Positions 28,450 through 38,265 are shown, counted from the first letter of the stretch. The stretch is DNA of 44,392 nucleotides from a virus (IMGVR_UViG_3300025844_000379:1-44392); one strand, 5' to 3'. A program made the numbers and translations. Notes: generated by a model not told the origin, from the sequence alone.

Positions 28450-28992
28450 TTATGTTAATGGTGCGAGCAGTTCTTCGGGATAGTTGTCTAAAACCAAATC
28501 CCAATTTACTGAAGGCACCCACTGTTTCCACTTATCATTTCTAAGCTCAATAAGTGTTCTTAGTTCACTGGCCGACGGAATGTCGTTGGTTCCTCGGTCT
28601 ACCATATGAAGTGTTGGATTTTTAGTAACCAAATCCAACACAAAATGGTCGGTATACCAAGCAGCGTCGCTAATACTACCAGTAAAATAATCTGTTGGTT
28701 TACGCATACCAAGCTTTTCAAGTTTAGATAAAATATAGTTTACCCAATCACTTTTTGAAGCAGCTTGGATATCAACAAGGGGGACAATCTTTACTCTATC
28801 ACCATAAACGTTTCGAACCATTTGCATTCTAACATCAGGTGTGAACGGATCCCAGCGGTCTGGTTTCTTATTTGTGCTGCCAAGACCCAAAATAACCATT
28901 TCACATTCTTGAATCATTTTGTTAATAATCATGCAGTGACCAGAATGCATTGGTTGAATTCTCATCACAGCTAAACCAACTTTACTATTCAT
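28450..28992 (-). CDS. nadM: NMN/NaMN adenylyltransferase (NadM type)
   Basis: RIQPMHSGH, LGS, DPFT...R..M, SASELR. Confidence 0.88.
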   Translation of the reverse strand: MNSKVGLAVMRIQPMHSGHCMIINKMIQECEMVILGLGSTNKKPDRWDPFTPDVRMQMVRNVYGDRVKIVPLVDIQAASKSDWVNYILSKLEKLGMRKPTDYFTGSISDAAWYTDHFVLDLVTKNPTLHMVDRGTNDIPSASELRTLIELRNDKWKQWVPSVNWDLVLDNYPEELLAPLT

Positions 28993-30009
28993 TTATGCCT
29001 CCAACTTGCTCACTGAGTAATGGCAATCAAAAGTTTCAAGAAAATCATATCTCTTATCCAATTCCAAAGGATGATCCAAGTTAAATGGGTTCTTACGTTT
29101 GAACCAAGTAGCTTTTATCCTTCCGGTAACCAAATCAAAAACTGTATTTTCTCGCGTTCCTTCCATTATTTTAAGACTATTTTTCAATTTGTCAAATCCA
29201 TAACAACGTAAATTATCCCTGTCATGTAATTTCTGCAATTCACTCAACATAATGTCAAGTTCTAAGTAACTAAAGCCAAACTGACTTTCATCACCAGCAG
29301 CAATACCAAGTCCGTCGGTTGGGTTGGCGCGCCAAATTTCTTCAGGAACACCATTTAATTTTGCCAACATGGGCACTTCCCAACTCTTATACAAACTTTG
29401 AATTGGGCTTAAATCGCCAACGTCGCCGTGTAACGTCCAAAATCCCGAAGCAAGTTCAGAAAAATTGTCGGTTGATGCTACTAACCCGCGCAACTTTGCA
29501 GCAAGGTTGTATAGGGTAACCATACGCAACCTAGCGCGAATATTGCCGCGGCGAACCAATACAGCATAATCGGTGTTTTCATCGTCACCCAATTCAGAAT
29601 CAATGTTATATAGACCCCAATTCATTTCGTTGTACAATTTGCTTAACTCAACATTATAGCCAATTCCGCCCAAACTATCAATAGCTAACTGGCCCAGCGA
29701 AGTTTCTTTTGGGTTTTGATAAATTGGCATAGTTACACCATGCACCACCCAACCCGCATTTTTAAATAATGCGGCAGTAAGAGCACTGTCAACGCCGCCG
29801 CTCATGCCTATCACCACATTTTTAACATTGAATGTTGTTGAATATTTGCGTAAAAATTGAATAATTGTTTGATTTACACGAATTAAATCGCCTTCGTTTA
29901 GAAACTTAGCCCCCAAACTTGTATCTAATCGTTCATTAAACCATTCACTAAGTTCGCCAATTTTGTTTTGTCTTGAAATTTCAAGTATTTGTTCTTTTAA
30001 ATTTTTCAT
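28993..30009 (-). CDS. nadE: NH3-dependent NAD+ synthetase
   Basis: GMSGGVDS, GNIRARLRM, TDNFSE, GFWTLHGD, PTDGL...DE. Confidence 0.93.
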   Translation of the reverse strand: MKNLKEQILEISRQNKIGELSEWFNERLDTSLGAKFLNEGDLIRVNQTIIQFLRKYSTTFNVKNVVIGMSGGVDSALTAALFKNAGWVVHGVTMPIYQNPKETSLGQLAIDSLGGIGYNVELSKLYNEMNWGLYNIDSELGDDENTDYAVLVRRGNIRARLRMVTLYNLAAKLRGLVASTDNFSELASGFWTLHGDVGDLSPIQSLYKSWEVPMLAKLNGVPEEIWRANPTDGLGIAAGDESQFGFSYLELDIMLSELQKLHDRDNLRCYGFDKLKNSLKIMEGTRENTVFDLVTGRIKATWFKRKNPFNLDHPLELDKRYDFLETFDCHYSVSKLEA

Positions 30010-30086
30010 ATCTAACTCCTCATTGATATTTTAATGTTATCCCTCACCATTATGATGGGGCAGTCTTCTATTAAATACTAGTAGCT

Positions 30087-31412
30087 TTATACTTCCGCCA
30101 CCTTATTATAAGTTGGTTGGGCGCCGAACACTCGAGCGTATCTTGCTATTTCATTTGCGGGACCCATGGCCTTTGCCAAATTATCCGAAAGTTTAACAGT
30201 TGGGCGCCCATTGGCTTCAACTACCTTACATACCAAGCTAATTGGTTTAATGTAGTCATCTTCCTTGCCCGGAACACAGCCAATAAAATCATTGGTTGCC
30301 TTTGTGCCCCATCCCATACCAACCATATAATCATTTTCAAATGAAGCTTGAATTACTGCAATATCATCTGTACTACCAGTATTAACATCAAGTCCATCTG
30401 AATGAATGATAAGATGATTTTTGGGATCTTCACCTACACTCTTATACCATTCGATAAGTTCGCAGGCTCCTTCAAAATTATCCTTACTATCTAGTCTAAA
30501 CCCGCGCCAACTTTTAATCCAATCGGGTGCATTGTGCAGAAACGCTGAAGTACCAAAAGTATCTGGTAGAATTACCAACATATTGCCGTCATACATTTCC
30601 CGCCAATCTTCAAGAACACGGTATGGAGAAGTTAGCAGTTCTTCATCCGAATTCGCAAGAGCGGCATATACCATTGGTAGTTCATGAGCATTGGTACCAA
30701 TTGGTTCCAAATCGTGCTTCATAGCCAACAGCATATTTGAAGTACCAAGAAATGATTTTTCAAGCCCTTCTTTTAACGCCATAACCACCCATTCCTGCCA
30801 AAGAAAATCAAAGCGCCGGCGTGTACCAAAATCAGCTAAACAAAGTTTGGGGAATTGCTTAAGTGTTTCAATCTTATCCCAAAGCTTGCTTTTGGCACGA
30901 GCAAACATTACATCCATTTGAAATAAGCTCAAACCACGCATAAGAGCACGGTTGCGAAGAGTATTTACAACTTCAAGAGCATAAATTTCCCACATGGTTA
31001 CTTCGGGCCACGTTCCTGAAAATGTAATATCATACTGTCCATCATCTGTTTTGTTAACAGTAAAATCCGGAAGATGAAATTCATTTTCAAGCCAATCAAC
31101 AAACTCGGGTTCAAAAATATTCTTTCTGCCATAGAATGCGTTGCCACGGATCCAAGTAATTTCACCGCGAGTGAAACGTAGTGATCGAACGTGATTTAAC
31201 TGTTCAACAATATCATGATAATTGATGATTTCAGCAAGCTTAACATCACTTGTTCTGTTTTTGATTGAAAAGGTTACTTTTACGTTGCGGTGCTTTTTCC
31301 AAATAAGCTGAAGCATGGCCAGCTTGTAAAAATCGGTATCAAGCAAACTGCGCACGATTGGATCCAAATGATACTGATGATCAACGGCTCTCTTTGCGAA
31401 ATTAGTGTTCAT
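30087..31412 (-). CDS. pncB: Nicotinate phosphoribosyltransferase
   Basis: DPIVRSLLDTDFYK, DFGTRRR, GTSN, GTNAHE, PDTFG, RLDS, SDGL, KLSD. Confidence 0.95.
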   Translation of the reverse strand: MNTNFAKRAVDHQYHLDPIVRSLLDTDFYKLAMLQLIWKKHRNVKVTFSIKNRTSDVKLAEIINYHDIVEQLNHVRSLRFTRGEITWIRGNAFYGRKNIFEPEFVDWLENEFHLPDFTVNKTDDGQYDITFSGTWPEVTMWEIYALEVVNTLRNRALMRGLSLFQMDVMFARAKSKLWDKIETLKQFPKLCLADFGTRRRFDFLWQEWVVMALKEGLEKSFLGTSNMLLAMKHDLEPIGTNAHELPMVYAALANSDEELLTSPYRVLEDWREMYDGNMLVILPDTFGTSAFLHNAPDWIKSWRGFRLDSKDNFEGACELIEWYKSVGEDPKNHLIIHSDGLDVNTGSTDDIAVIQASFENDYMVGMGWGTKATNDFIGCVPGKEDDYIKPISLVCKVVEANGRPTVKLSDNLAKAMGPANEIARYARVFGAQPTYNKVAEV

Positions 31413-31486
31413 TATAAATTACCTCACGTTAATGGGTCGTTACGTATGCGGAGCAGTGACAGTTACATCCTGCACTCTTCATATAC

Positions 31487-31516
31487 TATATTTATATGAA
31501 TCGGATAAAAGGTCAA
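31487..31516 (-). promoter_or_regulatory. Promoter of the NAD operon
   Basis: TTGACC followed by overlapping TATAAATA/TATAGT elements; a divergent TTGACA lies at about 31525. Confidence 0.55.
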
Positions 31517-31570
31517 GAAAAAGATTGACAAAAATGAAAAATAATTTATCATGATAAAAAGGAGTAGATC

Positions 31571-31870
31571 ATGATTTTACGAAAAAATCAATATTATAAA
31601 GGTGATTTTAAAACTGGTTGGATAATTCAATCATACCCATATAAATTAATCTATGATAACAACTCTTTAGAATTGTTTAATACAGCCACTAGAAAATTTA
31701 ATGCCATTTATGCAGCAATGATAGAAGAAAGATTTGGCGACAATATTGGGAATAGACCATTACTTAGTTTAAATAATGTACCAAAAAATAAAATAAGATT
31801 TTATTTTAAATCAAAAGAACAATTTGAAATATTTAAGGAAATTTTGTTGATAATGAAATTAACAAAGTAA
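31571..31870 (+). CDS. Small hypothetical protein (paralogue family)
   Basis: AGGAG RBS; FYFKSKEQ...IMKL. Confidence 0.65.
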   Translation: MILRKNQYYKGDFKTGWIIQSYPYKLIYDNNSLELFNTATRKFNAIYAAMIEERFGDNIGNRPLLSLNNVPKNKIRFYFKSKEQFEIFKEILLIMKLTK

Positions 31871-32074
31871 TTTAAGCCAAGTAATGGTTGCTTTATCCAA
31901 AACACACGCTATTATCTGCCTATCACGATCATATATGCCATTTTTCGCCACAATATAAAATAATTCCGTTTGCTTTTTTAAAAAATCTTCTGTTAAAACT
32001 CTTGTATCCGCATTTTCATGCAAATTTTCAAATGAAAATGAAAAATAAGTAGTGTTGATATGTCGTATTTGCAT
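31859..32074 (-). CDS. Small hypothetical protein
   Basis: ORF ending DKATITWLKLLC. Confidence 0.5.
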   Translation of the reverse strand: MQIRHINTTYFSFSFENLHENADTRVLTEDFLKKQTELFYIVAKNGIYDRDRQIIACVLDKATITWLKLLC

Positions 32075-32106
32075 AATATTAGGGTTATTTCACATGTTTC
32101 TTATAT

Positions 32107-33087
32107 TCATCTTGGCCTACCAATGCCTTGAATTTGAGAAGGATTATATGTTCTACTACCAAGAGTAACATTATTGCTTTGATTACCGCCAATATAAAAA
32201 ATTTTGTTTGTTGCGGGGTCATATCTATCAACGATGGCCACATGTCCACTGCCGCCCGATCTGCTAAACACGACCACGTCGCCTGGTTGAAGTGCGGATG
32301 GATTATTCTTATCTAACTGTTGACCATAATTATTATAGTCGGCTGCGCGCAAAGTTCTTCTATAATCTGAACAACTTCTCTTTAAAACACTACCAACAAA
32401 TCCCGCACACCAATGAACCGAATCTGAATTTTGTGGAATCCCAACGTCTTTATATAACTGCATAATATTTTGATTATTACCACCTTCTCGCCAAGCGCCG
32501 CCTTCGGCTTCTCGCAACCGTTGCTTTGCACTCTCGTAAACGCGCTGGCCTGCCGGAACAGAAGTATCGGGTTGGTCTTCACAATCATCCCATTTTACGT
32601 CTGATTGGGTAGCCGGCGGGTCTTCATTTTCACCAATTTCTGGGTTTAAATTTGAATCAGAAGGAATAGACCCGTCCGGATTGCGATATTTATTCCTATT
32701 TGCTGAATTAGCAGCAAGTCCTTCTCTTTCACTATTACTCATTGGCCGTGGCGGATCAAACTTGCCATTTGAGAATAGATTACTTGGCGCTACCGAAACT
32801 TTCCCTCCAATAAACACATCGTTGCTTCCGGTCATAACTTTTGACCCGCAAGCTACAGGGTCACCTATTCTACCCTGTCTAAGACTATTGGTAAAAACAG
32901 ACGGACTGCCGTCAGCCAAAAAACTTTTATGGATTTTGGGTCTTCGGTGAACTGGCCAACTGTCACTTTGCCGGTGCGCTGGTCTATTATTAAAAAATGT
33001 ATCAGGGCTACCTTGATTATTTGGCCTAGGGCTTCCCTTACGGTGGCCAGTACATATATCAGCTAATCGAGCGGCACCTTTTGCCAT
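32107..33087 (-). CDS. PAAR (gp5.4-like) spike tip fused to an NlpC/P60-CHAP (TIGR02594-like) peptidase
   Basis: AARLAD.CTGH, PAHR, GRIGDPVACGS..MTGS..VFIG; WCAGFV...GDVVVF...GHVAIV...GGNQ. Confidence 0.88.
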   Translation of the reverse strand: MAKGAARLADICTGHRKGSPRPNNQGSPDTFFNNRPAHRQSDSWPVHRRPKIHKSFLADGSPSVFTNSLRQGRIGDPVACGSKVMTGSNDVFIGGKVSVAPSNLFSNGKFDPPRPMSNSEREGLAANSANRNKYRNPDGSIPSDSNLNPEIGENEDPPATQSDVKWDDCEDQPDTSVPAGQRVYESAKQRLREAEGGAWREGGNNQNIMQLYKDVGIPQNSDSVHWCAGFVGSVLKRSCSDYRRTLRAADYNNYGQQLDKNNPSALQPGDVVVFSRSGGSGHVAIVDRYDPATNKIFYIGGNQSNNVTLGSRTYNPSQIQGIGRPR

Positions 33088-34469
33088 TAGAAAATCCCCA
33101 TACGTCCAATATCAACATTTTTAGATATGGCGCCGACCGCAGCAGGAACCGCTACTTGTTCAATAAGTGCTTTCAAACAGTCATCCAATTCACCAAAAAT
33201 TGAAGCAAGAGCTTGGTCAATCAAATCCTGAAAGAATTGAACTATCTTTTTAATTTCATCCATTATTTTACTGAATATTTCACGCATTAATGCCATTGCT
33301 TGCCCAATCAATGCTGCTATTTGATTAACAATTAATTCAACTATTTCAGCCAATACTTGCGTAATAGTATCTATTAATGCTAGTATAGTTCCGATAACCG
33401 CAGCAATAGCAGCCATAACCGCTTGAATTAACCCCAAAACGGTACCAATAGCTTGAGCAAATGCACCGCAAATGCCACCCAATGTGCTTAAATAGTCCAA
33501 TAACCCATTCCTCGCACTTATCGCAGATAAGATCCCCAAAAGACCAGCTATTAGATCAGTTGTATGTCCCTTTAATCCTTTAACTGTTCCTGGCATAGCG
33601 CCGCCGGTAACTTCTTCAATTTGGCAACCGTAGTATTGTATGGTAGCATTAGTTTGAACCGTACCTTCTATACCGGTAACAGCGTATCCGGCCGATACAT
33701 CCGAACAACGCCAAATTACTTCATCACTTAATAATTGTCGCATGGGCGGAACAGCTGATGCTCTAATTTCAACATATTCAAAGGGAAAAATATTAGCAGA
33801 AACAATTGGCGTTGATGTAACATAAAAATCATTGGGATCCGTAATAGTCCAACCAGACAAATTTGCAATAAACGGCGGTATTTGATTATAAGTAAGGGCA
33901 TTATTAGAATCCAACAAATCATTACCTATAAAATCAAATACTTGTTGTTGATTAGGACTTAAATCTGCATATGCGGAGGTTAATTGAAAAGCGGTTATTC
34001 TAGCTTTTAAGTCTTCTATTAATTGCAATAATTGAGATATTAATCCGGGTTTAACTTCATATTTTGTAAAAACTATTCTATTTTCATACTCAATTGATGC
34101 CGATGCATTAACACAGAAATTTAATACATCGTTGTTGATAAAAGTAATGGCACTTACTATATTCAATACTGGCTGTTCTACTTGATAAAACCCTATGCCA
34201 TAAGTTCCGTTGTTAAGTGGTGTTAAATCAGCAAATCCCCTGGCGGTAGCAAATGCACTGATTATGGCTGTATCTGCACTAACCACTCCTTCAAATAATT
34301 CCGGATATTGAATAATAACACCATTATCTAACCAATGAGCATCATTTTCATATACGGGACAAGAAGTGGTTGGTATTCTGAGAACAGATGGCTTACGAAA
34401 AGCTCTTAATAAATTATCTAAACGTCTATCAACATTTCCGGAAGTAAGAACAGATTCAATTATTGGCAT
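33087..34469 (-). CDS. Probable baseplate/tail-associated protein with a long amphipathic C-terminal helical region
   Basis: Coupled to the PAAR gene; Ala/Ile/Leu-rich C-terminus. Confidence 0.6.
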   Translation of the reverse strand: MPIIESVLTSGNVDRRLDNLLRAFRKPSVLRIPTTSCPVYENDAHWLDNGVIIQYPELFEGVVSADTAIISAFATARGFADLTPLNNGTYGIGFYQVEQPVLNIVSAITFINNDVLNFCVNASASIEYENRIVFTKYEVKPGLISQLLQLIEDLKARITAFQLTSAYADLSPNQQQVFDFIGNDLLDSNNALTYNQIPPFIANLSGWTITDPNDFYVTSTPIVSANIFPFEYVEIRASAVPPMRQLLSDEVIWRCSDVSAGYAVTGIEGTVQTNATIQYYGCQIEEVTGGAMPGTVKGLKGHTTDLIAGLLGILSAISARNGLLDYLSTLGGICGAFAQAIGTVLGLIQAVMAAIAAVIGTILALIDTITQVLAEIVELIVNQIAALIGQAMALMREIFSKIMDEIKKIVQFFQDLIDQALASIFGELDDCLKALIEQVAVPAAVGAISKNVDIGRMGIF

Positions 34470-34482
34470 TTATATTCCTTAA

Positions 34483-34923
34483 TTAGTGATCACAGTCTTT
34501 ATGTATCTCTGGTAATTGGTACCCATCGGGCACGGTTAAATTACCTTCTTCATCGTATTTAGCTTCCATTAAAACCGAATTTCCCCATTGATCTATAAAA
34601 AATTCAGTTTGTAGAGGATTTCCGTTAGAATCAACTTCAGAATTTAACCATATTGAATAAGTATATCCGGGTCGTTCGATTTCACCACTCTTACTAGTGG
34701 ATAACATGATATGTTTGTCGGATGATATAGAAATATTTTCATTTGAAACAATTTTAATTGGTTTGTGAAATTCAATTACCCCCGTGGTCAAATTAATTGA
34801 ACATAAATCAGCAAGCTTGATAATATCCGATGAAGGATTTTTAATTATTATCGCATCATCGGATATTTTTATGTTCGTGGGTTTTTTACTAAATAAACCA
34901 ATTATTTCTTTTAAAAAATTCAT
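34483..34923 (-). CDS. Hypothetical protein
   Basis: Coupled ORF. Confidence 0.65.
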   Translation of the reverse strand: MNFLKEIIGLFSKKPTNIKISDDAIIIKNPSSDIIKLADLCSINLTTGVIEFHKPIKIVSNENISISSDKHIMLSTSKSGEIERPGYTYSIWLNSEVDSNGNPLQTEFFIDQWGNSVLMEAKYDEEGNLTVPDGYQLPEIHKDCDH

Positions 34924-34924
34924 A

Positions 34925-35257
34925 TTATAAACGTAATCCTGCTCCCGGAGTTGGAATTTCTAATCCGGTGGTTGCTCTAGTATAACTGGATACAATTTCG
35001 TTTCTAGCTTTTGTGATAAACAAGAATTTATCCATAGTAAGAGTTAGTTTTGCATCATCGGGAACACTTAGTACCCAAGGAACAGGAGCAACTGCGGGTT
35101 GGCTCATTCCGGGAGCCTGAACCAGGGTAATCATAAGTGGTTTCGTAAAAGTAACCTTCTTATCATCAATTTCTGTTATCCTGCCACAAATTTCTTCACC
35201 ATTTATTAATTTGGCTGAAAAAATATCATTTTTCTTCAATACATTCTCTAATAACAT
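34925..35257 (-). CDS. Sm-like fold protein
   Basis: KLINGEEICG...KPL...PW pattern. Confidence 0.6.
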   Translation of the reverse strand: MLLENVLKKNDIFSAKLINGEEICGRITEIDDKKVTFTKPLMITLVQAPGMSQPAVAPVPWVLSVPDDAKLTLTMDKFLFITKARNEIVSSYTRATTGLEIPTPGAGLRL

Positions 35258-35676
35258 TAAATGTCTCCCTTTTTTCTATTTTCACTTAACCAAACACTAA
35301 ATCCACCAGGATATCTACTTGATAGTTTATCCACATTACCTTCAATAACTTCCATTGGATCTATATTTAATGCGTTGCAAGTATTAATCCAATACCAGAT
35401 TACATCACCCAATTCTTTAATTAAATGTTCTCGATTTTCATCATTGAGTGGCTTGCCATGAAATAAAATTTTCTTAACTAATCCAGCAGCTTCGCCAGCT
35501 TCATCGGCCATACCAATTGCACCAGTTAACAATCTGGGTATGTTAACCCCTGTATCACGAAGTTCATGCAACCTAGCAATAAACGTATCAAAGTCTTTTG
35601 ATGCATCGCTGGTAACGCCATCTACAAAACCCATGTATTCATTTAGCGTAATATTATTTTTCATTATTATCTCCAA
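35257..35676 (-). CDS. MazG-like nucleotide pyrophosphohydrolase
   Basis: GMADEAGE..GLVKK, KELGDVIWY, NVDKL..RYP. Confidence 0.9.
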   Translation of the reverse strand: MEIIMKNNITLNEYMGFVDGVTSDASKDFDTFIARLHELRDTGVNIPRLLTGAIGMADEAGEAAGLVKKILFHGKPLNDENREHLIKELGDVIWYWINTCNALNIDPMEVIEGNVDKLSSRYPGGFSVWLSENRKKGDI

Positions 35677-35724
35677 GCAATTTATTTACTTGATGATACG
35701 TTATAAGTATTGAATATTCAATAT

Positions 35725-36342
35725 TTAATTAAAAATATCCTCATATAAGCTTTCAAATGGTTTGGTTTTTAATTCTGGCTCTATAACATGTTTTATTTTT
35801 TCCAAATCATCAAACCTATGACCGCCATGATCAAATACATGAATATTAGTGTGATCATGTGTAAATGTTTTGATTGTTTTTTCATAGGGGATTAAATCAT
35901 CGTCTTTGGCAACAATAATTTTTACTAATGATTTATCATAGTTCTTTTTAGCTAAATCGGCATATTGTTCAAGTGTATCGATATGTTCTTGCATCCATTC
36001 AAATTCCTCACCAGTAGAAAAGTTTTTATTCTTGCCTAAAAATTTAACCATAATTTCTTTTGGTGAATAGACCGGATTAATTAAAATTGCAGGAATATCA
36101 AATTTAGCACTCAAATACCAACCATAAAACCCACCTAAACTTGTACCAACAATAAGTGCTTTATTATGGCCATCTTCGTATATTTGTCTAATATGTTTTT
36201 CAGCTTCTTTTATCGCAAGAACCGGATCATGATTTAAATTGGGAGCATATACTTTTTCATCAGGAAACATTGATTGCAGTTTTTTAGCCTTGGGACTATC
36301 TGAACCAGCTGATGCAAACCCATGTAGATATAATATTGCCAT
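35725..36342 (-). CDS. YqiA/UPF0227-like esterase
   Basis: YLHGFAS, GTSLGG, LINP, DDLI, GGHRF. Confidence 0.88.
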   Translation of the reverse strand: MAILYLHGFASAGSDSPKAKKLQSMFPDEKVYAPNLNHDPVLAIKEAEKHIRQIYEDGHNKALIVGTSLGGFYGWYLSAKFDIPAILINPVYSPKEIMVKFLGKNKNFSTGEEFEWMQEHIDTLEQYADLAKKNYDKSLVKIIVAKDDDLIPYEKTIKTFTHDHTNIHVFDHGGHRFDDLEKIKHVIEPELKTKPFESLYEDIFN

Positions 36343-36343
36343 G

Positions 36344-36862
36344 TTAAATCTCCGGATATCCCATAATCATTTTTTCAATTGGTTGTCCCGCAATAAAACG
36401 GGTATAATGGTAACCATCATCATTATAATGTATAATTTCCTTACCTGTCAACTGCTTGGCATATTTATTTTCTATCTTTGGTATATCCAACGTGTCAAAT
36501 AACTTTTCCAAGGGCCCCGATACTTCTGCCCAAAAATTCTTTTCATTTTTCAAATTACGCAAAACATGTATTAATTCGCTTTTACCTTGCGGTTGCCCGT
36601 CAGTACCCAAACCAATAAGTTTATTTCCATGCAAATTTTTAAAAATAATCGATGAAATAATATTTTCATCATCATCAAAAACTAATAGCCACATGCCATT
36701 ATCAGCAAACATGTGACTTTTGCTATCAAAACTTTTAAATCCACCCAATTTAGCATAACTTTTATCTAGTATTTGCCAAACTTCTTCACCAAACTTTGAT
36801 TTATCGGTATTTTTATCAATTATAACTGTTTTTGTTTCCAATATAATTTCAAAATATCTCAT
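36344..36862 (-). CDS. Hypothetical protein, probably a virion protein
   Basis: MRYFEIILE leader. Confidence 0.65.
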   Translation of the reverse strand: MRYFEIILETKTVIIDKNTDKSKFGEEVWQILDKSYAKLGGFKSFDSKSHMFADNGMWLLVFDDDENIISSIIFKNLHGNKLIGLGTDGQPQGKSELIHVLRNLKNEKNFWAEVSGPLEKLFDTLDIPKIENKYAKQLTGKEIIHYNDDGYHYTRFIAGQPIEKMIMGYPEI

Positions 36863-38265
36863 TATAGCTCCAAAATTTTAAATATTTGGCCAGGTGTAAG
36901 ATTATGTTCGATTTTGGTTCCATCTTCATACGCCCAAAACTCAGAATCCTCATCTTCATTGTCTGGTTTTTGGGGTATTTTCCCAGGTTCAAAATAGTTA
37001 TCGTTATATACCCTTAACAAATCGTTTTTATTAACACCATAGATACGAACCATATTGGCCAATAATGATCGTAATGCAGCCTTATATTCCACTTTTCCAA
37101 AATTTTGAGTAAACAAAGCCAATATACTATTAATTCCTTGCTCTTTATTTTTTTCAAAATTGGCTACTAAATTATAAATATTTTCCTTTAATGATGGATT
37201 ATTAATAAAAACCGGTGATATTCTGTCAAGTAATTGGAGAATTTTGGGATTTTTAATCTTAATTTTTGTATCACGGTTTTCAATACCACTATTCATTTTA
37301 TCATAATCTTCTAAATCATCTAAGACCGTATTTAAAATTTTATATAATTTCTTTAAATAATCATGTTGAGTATCCGGAGAATCACTTTGAATTAATGTTA
37401 ACCCGAATTTTCTAACACTCTGTTCAACTTCTGCAAATCGTTTGTGATAATCTTTACCACCGATTACTCTAAATTCAACGTATCCGTCTTTCAATCTACC
37501 AATATTTACTGCAAAATGTTTATTTTTCCATTCAGGATCTCTTTGTAAATAACTTCTGCTATTATCATCAAGCCATTTAGTAAAAAGTTCAACTATATTA
37601 GTTGAATTTACTTTTCCTGGGTTTTCACTATAAAATACTACTCGTTTAATAATTTGTTGAATCATTTCAATGTTTGATTTAACATAATCAGAACTTAGTT
37701 CGCCATTATCTAATTTATATCTAACTCTTGGCCATGTTTGTCTTAAAAATTGGTCACCAGAAAATACTATCACTTTTAGAGGATCTAAATTTTTATTTTT
37801 GTTTTCATCTTTGAAACTTATTCCAACGTGCAACCCAGATGTCGAACTTGTTTCGTATCCTTCTCGTTCTATGTAATCAAATAGTTTTTTGGTGATGTTA
37901 AAAAAATTATCACTGCTCATAATGGGGCCAACAAATTCTACTGCGGTAAAATCAGAAAACTTATCACTTTTAACACTGTCATCATATGTTAATCTAAAAG
38001 TTGTTTTTGCAGTTTCTTGAGATACGTATCTGTCGCCGCCGGCTATAGTAATACCAAATAATTTTTCTAAATCGGTTTTTATTTTTGTTTGTACCTTTTC
38101 AGATCTTTCTGAAAATTTATCATACGGGGCAAGAAATTCGTATTCCGGGCCAAAATTAAATAAACTTAAATCAACAGATTTTAGTTCTTTATTTCCTGAA
38201 CGAACTGCTTCGTCTAATGCCCGCTCTTCTCGCAAAAAAGAAATATATTTATGTATTATAGTCAT
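36862..38265 (-). CDS. Putative amidoligase (COOH-NH2 ligase family)
   Basis: FGPEYEF, DDSV, VEFVGP, GLHVGIS, KHFAVN, YVEFR. Confidence 0.8.
   Translation of the reverse strand: MTIIHKYISFLREERALDEAVRSGNKELKSVDLSLFNFGPEYEFLAPYDKFSERSEKVQTKIKTDLEKLFGITIAGGDRYVSQETAKTTFRLTYDDSVKSDKFSDFTAVEFVGPIMSSDNFFNITKKLFDYIEREGYETSSTSGLHVGISFKDENKNKNLDPLKVIVFSGDQFLRQTWPRVRYKLDNGELSSDYVKSNIEMIQQIIKRVVFYSENPGKVNSTNIVELFTKWLDDNSRSYLQRDPEWKNKHFAVNIGRLKDGYVEFRVIGGKDYHKRFAEVEQSVRKFGLTLIQSDSPDTQHDYLKKLYKILNTVLDDLEDYDKMNSGIENRDTKIKIKNPKILQLLDRISPVFINNPSLKENIYNLVANFEKNKEQGINSILALFTQNFGKVEYKAALRSLLANMVRIYGVNKNDLLRVYNDNYFEPGKIPQKPDNEDEDSEFWAYEDGTKIEHNLTPGQIFKILEL

Noticed and set aside
30117-30921. Several plus-strand ORFs inside pncB (and similar ones inside cysS, the methyltransferase and the 39204 gene)
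   Set aside because: Antisense shadows of well-supported genes, with no RBS or motifs
30087-31412. Nampt (NARP2) assignment
   Set aside because: The motifs (DTDFYK, GTNAHE, KLSD) and co-occurrence with PncA and NadE indicate a nicotinate-specific PncB
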